Below, piece by piece: positions 1-6,933 of a stretch of DNA of 16,153 nt (position 1 is the stretch's first letter; each line of letters opens with the position of its first letter). The DNA is from Bdellovibrio sp. (lineage in GTDB: Bacteria; Bdellovibrionota; Bdellovibrionia; Bdellovibrionales; Bdellovibrionaceae). Below the pieces are notes generated by a model. That model was not told the origin of the DNA. It searched no databases and worked only from the letters and a program-made list of their open reading frames with translations. The stretch is from positions 1 through 16,153 of the forward strand of contig JBKCUU010000039.1 of the NCBI GenBank assembly GCA_046318155.1. The letters are read 5' to 3'. A program made the position numbers and the translations under genes.

Positions 1-883
1 CAGGAGTCCTGCTCTTAGTTAGGCTTGCCGCCGAGCAGGCAAAGAAGATCAGCGCAGCGCCGATCACTTGCGAAAAGCTGAGGCGATCGCCTAAGAGCCA
101 AACGACAAAAAAAGCACTGATCGGCGACTCCATCAAAAACAGCAGCGCCGCAACCGTGGCCGACAGTTTTCGTTGAGCACGGACTTGCAAGAAAAAGGCG
201 AGTAAGCTCGAGCCAAAGGTCAGGCATAAAAGCCCGATCCACGCGGACTGGTCGAGCCCCTGAAGGGACCACGTTCCGCGAAACAGATCCGGAAAGCCCC
301 AACTTAAGAAAAACAACGGCGTCACCAGGATGGCCGTCCACAAACACTGAAACAAATTAAAATTATAGTGGCTCTGCGCTTTGGGTGCGACCTGACTCAT
401 GATGCGAATGTGGTAGGCCGCGGCGATGGCATTACCGAGAGTGAGAATATCGCCAATGGCAATGGTCGAAAGATTGACCTGGACAATCATCGCGGTGCCG
501 ATCAAGGCAATCACGAGACAGATCCCGTTCCGCATTGAGAGGCGCTCTTTGTCTAAAACAAAAGCAAAGAGCGGAACGATCACCACGTAAAGAACCGTGA
601 TAAATGCAGATTTCGTCGCTGTTGTTGTGAGAAGTCCCCAGGTTTGTAAGAGAAGTGTGATGCCGAGCCAGAGTCCCGCGGGCCAAGCGAGGCGAAACTC
701 CCGTCTCAGATCCGCTAGATTGGGCTTTGTCCAGAACCACAGGAGGGCGCCAAAAGCAAAGGCACCCGCAAATCGATAAAAAATAACGGCCGGAAAACTT
801 AAAAATTTGAGAGCCCAGATTGTGCCAATAAAGCCAAAGCCCCAGAAGGCTGAGGCAATGGTCAGCTCAATCAAAGGCTTCAA
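1..883 (-). CDS. DMT/EamA family inner-membrane transporter (3' end runs off the window)
   Basis: Manual translation from TTG at 883: MKPLIELTIASAFWGFGFIGTIWALKFLSFPAVIFYRF...QTWGLLTTTATKSAFITVLYVVIVPLF...GDILTLGNAIAAAYH...LAFFLQVRAQRKLSATVAALLFLMESPISA...; open to base 1, about 10 hydrophobic helices in two EamA-like halves. Not in the ORF track. Start overlaps the stop of the upstream oxidoreductase. Confidence 0.9.
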   Translation of the reverse strand, partial: MKPLIELTIASAFWGFGFIGTIWALKFLSFPAVIFYRFAGAFAFGALLWFWTKPNLADLRREFRLAWPAGLWLGITLLLQTWGLLTTTATKSAFITVLYVVIVPLFAFVLDKERLSMRNGICLVIALIGTAMIVQVNLSTIAIGDILTLGNAIAAAYHIRIMSQVAPKAQSHYNFNLFQCLWTAILVTPLFFLSWGFPDLFRGTWSLQGLDQSAWIGLLCLTFGSSLLAFFLQVRAQRKLSATVAALLFLMESPISAFFVVWLLGDRLSFSQVIGAALIFFACSAASLTKSRTP

Positions 884-1601
884 CGTGGATTCTTGTTTTG
901 TCAAAATGATCGCCCTCAAGCGTGGCTTTGGTGTCTTTGATCATCGCACCGTTGCCGCAAAGATAAAAGGTCGTGGGGATTTGTAAGTAATCAAGTTGAT
1001 GAATGTGCTTTTGGACGTACCCGATCTTGCCGTTCCAGTCCGTCGTCGGTCGACTCAAGACATAGTCGTAAGAAAAATTTGGCAATCGCGCTTTGAGCGC
1101 TTCGAGCTCGGGCTGAAAATAAATATCTTGCTCAGTGCGCACACCAAACAAAAGACGGTAGCGTAAATCGGGGTATTGCCCTGCCTTAGACTCGAGATAA
1201 CACAAGTGCTGAGACAAACCAGTTCCTGTATTGAGAAAGACAATTTGCTCTGTCGGTGGTTCTTGAAAAAAAACGCGGCCAAAGGGGCCCGTGAAAACCA
1301 GTGTTTCGTCTCCTTTAAGAGACCAAACATATCGTGAAGCGACGCCATCGGGGAAGCCATCGACACCTTTGACGTATTTAAACAGCAATCGGAAACCATT
1401 TGATTGGTGATCCGTCGATGCGATCGAGTACGCCCGCAAAGCCGGCTTCGGCTCTTGCGGAACGTGGAGCATCACGAATTGGCCCGCTTTGAACTTGAAT
1501 TCGGCGGGTTCCAGTGTTTCGACGACAACCTCACGCACGTCGCGGGTGAGGTCTCGGATCTGCTTGATTCGCATTTTGTACTGAGTGCGCAGGGAAGCCA
1601 T
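867..1601 (-). CDS. Ferredoxin-NADP reductase-like FAD/NAD(P)-binding oxidoreductase (244 aa)
   Basis: Motifs FKAGQF, RAYSIAS (FAD binding), GVASRY, GPFG, TGTGLS, YLCG and C-terminal EAFD. ATG at 1601 (MASLRTQY) chosen because the 49-aa upstream extension overlaps the divergent gene. Confidence 0.9.
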   Translation of the reverse strand: MASLRTQYKMRIKQIRDLTRDVREVVVETLEPAEFKFKAGQFVMLHVPQEPKPALRAYSIASTDHQSNGFRLLFKYVKGVDGFPDGVASRYVWSLKGDETLVFTGPFGRVFFQEPPTEQIVFLNTGTGLSQHLCYLESKAGQYPDLRYRLLFGVRTEQDIYFQPELEALKARLPNFSYDYVLSRPTTDWNGKIGYVQKHIHQLDYLQIPTTFYLCGNGAMIKDTKATLEGDHFDKTRIHVEAFD

Positions 1602-1688
1602 CAACCATGCCTTTTTTTGTGAGGATGAAGAAACCGAGGGTACGACAACTTGAAATGGGCAGCAAGCATCGATTCTTTTGTAAGGCGG

Positions 1689-1907
1689 ATGAAGAAGGCT
1701 GGGCTTTGTCTTTGGCTTTTGGGGCTGTGCGTTTCGGCCCAGGCGCAAAAAGCCCCCTTTATCACGCCTGTGAATGCTGAGGTTTTAGACGCCGGCGTCA
1801 CGCTGACGCCTCCGCAAATCGATTACGACCTCGACAAGCAAGACACTCTGGTTATTGGCGATCAATCCGTGAACCGTCAGACCCTCAAAGTTGAACTGCT
1901 GCTCTAG
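1689..1907 (+). pseudogene. Secreted hypothetical protein, probably only the 5' fragment of a longer gene
   Basis: Clear signal peptide MKKAGLCLWLLGLCVSAQA followed by ~53 aa, ending abruptly (KVELLL*) where unrelated toxin-antitoxin-like sequence begins. Confidence 0.5.
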
Positions 1908-2091
1908 AAGCATTGATCGAGAAAGTAGCCATTTTAAGAAGGCAGACACAAAGTTGACGTCTCTGCTTGAAGCAGACGAAGTCTTTTTGCACCCCTTCAT
2001 CCTTCAAGAACTTTATCCAGCCTATCAGCAAAAGTTGACTCTCTATACATACGACAAAAAGCTGAAAGGACTTGCTGAAGACATCTTGTAG
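1898..2091 (+). pseudogene. Degraded VapC/PIN-domain toxin remnant, possibly preceded by a few codons of VapB antitoxin
   Basis: SHFKKADTKLTSLLEADEVFLHPFILQEL then YPAYQQKLTLYTYDKKLKGLAEDIL* match the N- and C-terminal parts of VapC PIN toxins (HPFxxxEL and LxTxDKKL). The N-terminal DTS motif and the middle are missing. AALEALIEKVA in another frame at ~1898-1930 resembles a VapB helix. Confidence 0.6.
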
Positions 2092-2190
2092 TGGCTTTTA
2101 GTTTGTTTAGAAAAATCGCCAACAATAAATGATAATGATTAAATATTGAACAGGCTTTTCCCTCCTATTTGCGAAATGAAAGTACCTCCT

Positions 2191-2209
2191 TACACGGGCC
2201 GAGACATGC
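2191..2209 (+). repeat. 19-bp exact direct repeat, copy 1 (TACACGGGCCGAGACATGC); copy 2 lies inside dacB
   Basis: Identical to 3327-3345; 22 of 23 bases match when extended left to 2187/3323. Confidence 0.95.
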
Positions 2210-2479
2210 ACGCAAAGCCGGCTGTAAATCGATGGTGATCTTCAAGATCCTGCCGGTCATCGTAAATAGAAGAGCCTGCTGGTTGCGTCGTTGATAAATG
2301 CATTATTGCGACATTAAATCGATTGGTGCCCGGCGGCAACTTTGCGGTAAAGCTGGGTGCAGACGGACGATCATTGATCAAAACTAAAACGGTGCTTGCT
2401 TGAATCTTGGAGGTCGTCTGAGCTTTTTCACCGCCAATAATTCCGTTGGCAGAATCGAGAACTTCCACAAAAAAGCCTC

Positions 2480-2905
2480 AAAAAAGGATCTTTGTAGCGT
2501 GAAGCTTCCGCAGCCCATTAACATCTCTGTTGATGAGAAGTCTTTTAAGAAGAGTCGTCAGTACGTGACGATCGTCACGGATCTGGATCGTAAACTCGTG
2601 ATTTGGGTGAGTCCTGGCAATAGCAAAGAGTCGTTGGATCAATTTTTTAGAATTTTAGGGACGGAGTCTTGTTTAAAAATCAAGACCGTCTCCAAAGATA
2701 GGTTGCCCAGGCTGGCGAGTTTATAGACGATTGGTATAGCGATGCTTTGCGGGCTCCGCTGGAGGGAATGCAGGCCTTTGCAGGCTATGTAAAAAACCAT
2801 AAGCAGAGGATACTGAACTCGATCAAAACGGGCTTGTCGTCTGCGATCTCCGAGGGAATAAACAATAAAATATCTGTGATAAAACGAATGGCCTATGGCT
2901 ACAGA
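2480..2905 (+). mobile_element. ISL3-family transposase remnant with internal deletion and frameshift
   Basis: ISVDEKSFKKSRQYVTIVTDLDRKLVIWVSPGNSKESLDQFFRILG..CLKIKTVSKD (first two catalytic Asp region) is joined at ~2700, in another frame, to DDWYSDALRAPLEGMQAFAGYVKNHKQRILNSIKTGLSSAISEGINNKISVIKRMAYGYR (catalytic Glu, ISL3 C-terminal signature). N-terminus, centre and termini are missing. Confidence 0.9.
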
Positions 2906-2969
2906 ACGGCTCTTGTCAAAAAGTTTGCCACCTGAGTGTTCTCGCTGGCAGCAGAAAAGGCTCTGTCCG

Positions 2970-2985
2970 TGGCACTTAACGTGCT
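2970..2985 (+). promoter_or_regulatory. Putative sigma54 (-24/-12) promoter for the dacB-ankyrin operon
   Basis: TGGCAC-TTAAC-GTGCT has GG-N10-GC spacing, matches consensus TGGCAC-N5-TTGCW with one mismatch, and ends 56 bp upstream of the ATG at 3042. Confidence 0.65.
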
Positions 2986-3041
2986 TCATGGAACAGGCGG
3001 CTTTGGTCGAGACTTGGATCGGTTTTTTGAGGTGGTGCGCG

Positions 3042-4364
3042 ATGAAAAAACGAGGACTCGGTTTAGGGTTAGTCCTGTTGCTGATCGCAAATGTTGCCAT
3101 GGCTTCGGACCTACGTGCGGCTTGCTATCTCCAAGATCAAGAAGGCGAAGAAGTCCACGGCGTCAATCTTGATCGCCGCCTCGAAATTGCCTCAGTTTCT
3201 AAAGTCATGACGGCTTATTGGGCCATTAAAAAGTTGGGCGTTGATGCGCGCTTCACCACGGCCATTCACATAAAAAAAGTCGATGACGATCTTTATGATG
3301 TTCACTTTCAAGGTTCACGCGATCCCTACACGGGCCGAGACATGCTTCAGTACGTGGTCGGCGAACTCAACCGTCTTGGCATTACAAAAGTTCGTCGTTT
3401 GACTTTTGATGAGAAATTTAAGTTTCTAGCCGATGTCCGCGGTGTCGCGGCTGGACACTTCACACCCCATACACCTGATGCGGATACGGTCATGCGCCAA
3501 ATCCGTTCGGTGATTTCGAGCCTCAGCACCGGTTACCCCAGCCTGCAAGCGCGGGCTCAAGAGGTCCACAACATGCAGCTTCCTCGCGCAATTAAGCTGA
3601 CGGCAATTGATATCAGTTTACTCGAGAGCTCGAACTTTGATGCTCGAGAGTTTGATTCGGCTTATTTGTATCGTTCAGCGAACATGCAGATCGTGCTGAA
3701 AGAAATGAACCGCAATTCAAACAATCACGCGGCCAACCAAATTTTTGAAAGTTTGGGCGGGGCCGAAGCCTTTGCACGTTTCATCAAAGCTGATTTAGGT
3801 TTGGATGAAGGCGATATTCGATTTATTAACGGCAGCGGCGATCGTCATGACGTTCCAGATGGTCAACCCCTTTACAATGAAGCCTCCTGCCGTTCGATCA
3901 TCAAAGTCCTGGTCGCCTTGCGTACAGAGCTTCGCAAAACCGATCGTTATTTGCAAGATGTCATGGCTGTTGCAGGTTCTGACGCCGAAGGTGAGCGAAG
4001 CACCGTCACCGCGCTCTACAACAATGATGAAACCGGCGGTGCGCTGATTGCCAAGACGGGGACCGTGAACCCCTCAATATCTCTTGCTGGCCTGGTGAGC
4101 ACAGAAGAAGGTCGGGTTTACTTTGGCTCTATTTACTCTGCGGACGGGACGGCGAGCAGCTGGCACGGGGCGCGGGGTCAGATTCGTGCTCAGGTCGTCA
4201 AGCTCTTTCAAAAGTTTGGCGGACGTCGTAAGCTTGACTACAAGGCCGTTCCGTATTTTGCTTTTGATAGGTCTTCTGGTTTGCAAAAGCTCGAGAATCG
4301 CGCGGCGGAGGCCAGGTCGTCGAAGCTCTCAAGCGGCAACAACGAAAGGGGAGATCGTGATTAA
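3042..4364 (+). CDS. dacB: Secreted D-Ala-D-Ala carboxypeptidase/endopeptidase (PBP4/DacB, peptidase S13), Bd3459/Bd0816-like (440 aa)
   Basis: Signal peptide MKKRGLGLGLVLLLIANVAMA; catalytic motifs SxxK (ASVSK), SxN (NSNN), NGSG and KTG (AKTGT); RBS GAGGTGG before the ATG at 3042. Confidence 0.92.
   Translation: MKKRGLGLGLVLLLIANVAMASDLRAACYLQDQEGEEVHGVNLDRRLEIASVSKVMTAYWAIKKLGVDARFTTAIHIKKVDDDLYDVHFQGSRDPYTGRDMLQYVVGELNRLGITKVRRLTFDEKFKFLADVRGVAAGHFTPHTPDADTVMRQIRSVISSLSTGYPSLQARAQEVHNMQLPRAIKLTAIDISLLESSNFDAREFDSAYLYRSANMQIVLKEMNRNSNNHAANQIFESLGGAEAFARFIKADLGLDEGDIRFINGSGDRHDVPDGQPLYNEASCRSIIKVLVALRTELRKTDRYLQDVMAVAGSDAEGERSTVTALYNNDETGGALIAKTGTVNPSISLAGLVSTEEGRVYFGSIYSADGTASSWHGARGQIRAQVVKLFQKFGGRRKLDYKAVPYFAFDRSSGLQKLENRAAEARSSKLSSGNNERGDRD
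3327..3345 (+). repeat. 19-bp exact direct repeat, copy 2 (within dacB, encoding YTGRDM)
   Basis: Identical to 2191-2209. Confidence 0.95.
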
Positions 4365-5013
4365 TTGGATAGTCTTCGTCCTGTGCGTTTCTTGCTCGGT
4401 CGCTCAGGCCAAGTTGACTCCCACTGAAAGCCGCGCCTTTACAGCTGCGATTGAGGGCAACCTTTCAGCACTCAAAAAGTTGCCTGCTAGTTTTGCTTGG
4501 AACAAGCAAGATCATGCGGGAGAGACCTTGCTGATCAAGGCGGTCGCGACAGGACAAGTCGAAGTTGTTCAATTTTTGCTCAAGAAAAAGGTGAAGCTCG
4601 ACAAGCGTGACAAGGCGGGGAACACCGCGCTCTTCTACGCCGTTGCAAATAATGACGTCCCCGTTGCGGGAGAACTGATCTTAGGTGGTTCTGATCTCAC
4701 ATTGACTTACGGAAAAAAGAAAGAACACGTGTTGTTTGAAGCGGCCCGCGTGGGTGCGCGCGAGATTGGCGATCAAATTCTTGTCAAGAACAAAGCTCTT
4801 CTCAATCAGCTCAATGCTGATGACGAAAGTCCCCTGATGGCTGCGATCAAGGGAGCTCAGACGTCCCTTGCCCAGCACTGGATCGGTCAAGGCGCGCAAA
4901 TTTCCCATAAAACCCGGAATGGAAAAACGATGGCTCAATTTGCCCTCGACCATGGTGTGAACCAGAAGTCTTCTCTGTATCAAGCGCTTTTGTCTCAAGC
5001 TGAAGCAAAGTAA
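4357..5013 (+). CDS. Secreted ankyrin-repeat protein, Bd3460-like self-protection protein (218 aa)
   Basis: GTG at 4357 with RBS AAGGGGAG, overlapping the end of dacB by 8 bp; signal peptide MINWIVFVLCVSCSVAQA; 5-6 ankyrin repeats (GETLLIKA, GNTALFYA, EHVLFEAA, DESPLMAA, GKTMAQFA). Confidence 0.88.
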   Translation: MINWIVFVLCVSCSVAQAKLTPTESRAFTAAIEGNLSALKKLPASFAWNKQDHAGETLLIKAVATGQVEVVQFLLKKKVKLDKRDKAGNTALFYAVANNDVPVAGELILGGSDLTLTYGKKKEHVLFEAARVGAREIGDQILVKNKALLNQLNADDESPLMAAIKGAQTSLAQHWIGQGAQISHKTRNGKTMAQFALDHGVNQKSSLYQALLSQAEAK

Positions 5014-5038
5014 TCCGAGGGGCTCTCGCCCTCTGGAT
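5013..5038 (+). terminator. GC-rich hairpin directly after the ankyrin gene (possible terminator or mRNA-stabilising stem)
   Basis: ATCC-GAGGGGC-tctc-GCCCTC-T-GGAT imperfect inverted repeat; no U-tract follows. Confidence 0.35.
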
Positions 5039-5078
5039 GACGTTCACCAAAAGGTCCGTCCCAAGATGGGATTCACTC

Positions 5079-5105
5079 TCGAGTTTTAATGCCAAACGCC
5101 GATAG
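5079..5105 (+). promoter_or_regulatory. Putative sigma28 (FliA) promoter for the HD-GYP gene
   Basis: TCGAGTTT-N11-GCCGATAG versus consensus TAAAGTTT-N11-GCCGATAA, 35 bp upstream of the start codon. Confidence 0.65.
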
Positions 5106-5140
5106 TAAATAAGGTAAACCGACCCCATGGGAGGCTAATC

Positions 5141-5815
5141 TTGTTTGCGAAACGTGTTTATTCGCCCTTACTTGCGAGTGGAGACATTCCCGACTGGGCC
5201 TTTTCGGCCGTCGAAAGCATTCTCACTTCGTTGAAAGTAGCGGATCCCGAAACCTATTCGCATTGCTTGCGCGTGGGTGAACATGCTCGAAAGCTTGCGA
5301 AGTTTGCGGGTTTGAGTGAGTACCAGCAGCGCGTCGCGCAGTTCTCTGGCCTCTTACATGATGTGGGCAAAATGGGCGTTGATCTCGCCATCACGCACAA
5401 GCCTGGGAAGCTCACGGATGCTGAATACGAGATGATGAAAGCTCATCCCGAACTCAGTGAGGCCATCATTCAACCCATGGCTCATCACGAGTTCTTTCAA
5501 CAAATTTTGCCTGCCGTCCGTGGTCATCACGAACGCGTTGACGGCCATGGATACCCAGACAAGCTTCATGGCGAAGTCGTGCCACTTATTTCGCGCGTGA
5601 TTTTGATCGTCGACACCTTGGATGCGATGGGGCAAAACCGCGCGTACCGCAAGGGTCTTCCCATTGACGTCATTTACAAAGAACTGGAGCGGTTCTCGGG
5701 CACTCAATTTGACTCGGCCTTGGTTCGCATCTTTTTGGACGCACACCAACGTCATTGGGAAAGAGAATCCACCGATCTCGAAACCATCCGCCGAGTGACA
5801 ACGAAAGCGGCGTAG
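5141..5815 (+). CDS. Stand-alone HD-GYP cyclic-dinucleotide phosphodiesterase (224 aa)
   Basis: TYSHCLRV, LLHDVGK, HHERVDGHGYP, VDTLDAM, RAYRK and SGTQFD motifs; RBS GGGAGG before the TTG start. Confidence 0.92.
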   Translation: MFAKRVYSPLLASGDIPDWAFSAVESILTSLKVADPETYSHCLRVGEHARKLAKFAGLSEYQQRVAQFSGLLHDVGKMGVDLAITHKPGKLTDAEYEMMKAHPELSEAIIQPMAHHEFFQQILPAVRGHHERVDGHGYPDKLHGEVVPLISRVILIVDTLDAMGQNRAYRKGLPIDVIYKELERFSGTQFDSALVRIFLDAHQRHWERESTDLETIRRVTTKAA

Positions 5816-5856
5816 CCGATTTCGCAGGTGGCAAAGCGGCGTAGCCGATTTCGCAG
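5804..5856. repeat. 24-bp direct repeat x2 (AAAGCGGCGTAGCCGATTTCGCAG) with 5-bp spacer; each copy is a hairpin
   Basis: Copies at 5804-5827 and 5833-5856. The first contains the HD-GYP stop codon. Lies between convergent genes. Confidence 0.95.
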
Positions 5857-5864
5857 CACCTGAT

Positions 5865-6665
5865 CTACTGAACGCGATTGGTGCTTTCAAAAATCTTGTC
5901 GGCCGAGGTCGCCACGAAGCCGTGGTAGAGTTTGCCAGTCGGAAGATTGTAGCGCTTCGCAAATTCGTAGTAACAACCGGGAACTTTGTGCGTGCCATCG
6001 CTAAACGAAACCGGGATCTCGCTGGCCATCGTCGAGCTCTGCTCCAGGAACACGTCGGGCGTTCCTTTGATCACGCCGCCAGATTTATTCAACGTGAATC
6101 CATTTTTTTCGATAAACGCATTCAAGGTCGGAAGATCTTGATATTTTTTGAGGGCATTCACATTCACGGTGAAATGGTTCGGACGAAAGCCGTGAGCCGC
6201 AACCCAAGAGGCGTATTCACTCTCGGCCGCCAGCTTTTGAAACAAAGCATGACTCATCGGCCAGGGGCGGCCTGACCGAACAAACTCATCCTTTTGGATT
6301 TGTGTGTCAGTCACTTGCAAAATGAGTTTGTTCATTTCTTCGCGAACAAAGGGTGAGACTTTTTCGAGTTCAAGTTCGCTGATAAAGATCTTGGGTAAAG
6401 TTTCATCGGGGTGCTCGTAGTGTTTGGCGTACAACTTCTTTTCGACAAAGGTGTAGTCGCCTTTTTCGATGTACCCGTGTTTCTTAAAAACTCGCGCGAG
6501 CGACTCGATCCCCAGACGGGGATGGTTAAAGGTTCGAAGCGCGATGTGATCATTTAAGACGGTCTCGCCCTCTCTTGTTAGGAGCTGAAACAAGCGGGCC
6601 GCAGCCGGGTTGAGTTGGCAGTAATCGTCCCACATGTGATTGAGCAAAGTTGGTAAGGCACTCAT
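5865..6665 (-). CDS. DUF1338 family protein (HglS/YdcJ-related 2-oxoadipate dioxygenase/decarboxylase-like, 266 aa)
   Basis: NDHIALRTF, PKIFISEL, ESEYASW, PNHFTV, LEQSST and YYEFAKR motifs giving a His/His/Glu metal triad; RBS AAGGAG before the ATG at 6665. Confidence 0.85.
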   Translation of the reverse strand: MSALPTLLNHMWDDYCQLNPAAARLFQLLTREGETVLNDHIALRTFNHPRLGIESLARVFKKHGYIEKGDYTFVEKKLYAKHYEHPDETLPKIFISELELEKVSPFVREEMNKLILQVTDTQIQKDEFVRSGRPWPMSHALFQKLAAESEYASWVAAHGFRPNHFTVNVNALKKYQDLPTLNAFIEKNGFTLNKSGGVIKGTPDVFLEQSSTMASEIPVSFSDGTHKVPGCYYEFAKRYNLPTGKLYHGFVATSADKIFESTNRVQ

Positions 6666-6707
6666 CTCGAACTCCTTTTTGGGGTCACGACCCAAGGTCT
6701 ACGGGCC

Positions 6708-6735
6708 ATTATAGTTTTTTCAAATACACCGTCAC
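6708..6735 (-). promoter_or_regulatory. Putative sigma70 promoter for the DUF1338 gene
   Basis: Minus strand GTGACG-N16-TATAAT with a perfect -10 box, about 42 bp upstream of the start. Confidence 0.5.
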
Positions 6736-6933
6736 TCTCTTTCACGGATCGCCAGCGGCAGCTTCGTCTATGCGTTTTAAGCTCAAAATTCCGGGCGCCC
6801 AAGGGCAATGGAGCAAGGGCTCTACCGCATCGCATCAAAATCTTGACCTTACTGGTGTTTGGGGGTTTATATCATCTTTAAAGCTGGTCATTTGATGAGC
6901 GGATTTTTTGTTGTTCTCGAGAGGGGTCTCCTG

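Noticed and set aside
2125..2143. Fur-box-like ATAAATGATAATGATTAAA
   Set aside because: Only 13/19 match in AT-rich DNA, with no intact gene positioned to be regulated.
2161..2190. Two AGGAGG Shine-Dalgarno-like motifs on the minus strand
   Set aside because: Neither is followed by a suitably spaced ATG/GTG/TTG and a credible ORF.
2468..2486. CAAAAAAG x2 as an ISL3 8-bp target-site duplication
   Set aside because: Copies are only 3 bp apart and low complexity; they do not flank an element.
2895..3041. 49-aa N-terminal extension of dacB in the ORF track
   Set aside because: Begins inside the ISL3 remnant and spans the predicted promoter; the RBS and signal peptide point to ATG 3042.
4123..4356. 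78-aa N-terminal extension of the ankyrin ORF
   Set aside because: Lies inside dacB; the RBS and signal peptide indicate GTG 4357.
5804..5856. Possible CRISPR mini-array
   Set aside because: Only two repeats, a 5-bp spacer and no cas genes.
5354..5998. 214-aa minus-strand ORF, plus similar shadow ORFs (15359-16075, 2639-3100, 7690-8064, 15-347)
   Set aside because: Antisense or out-of-frame shadows of well-supported genes with no recognisable motifs.
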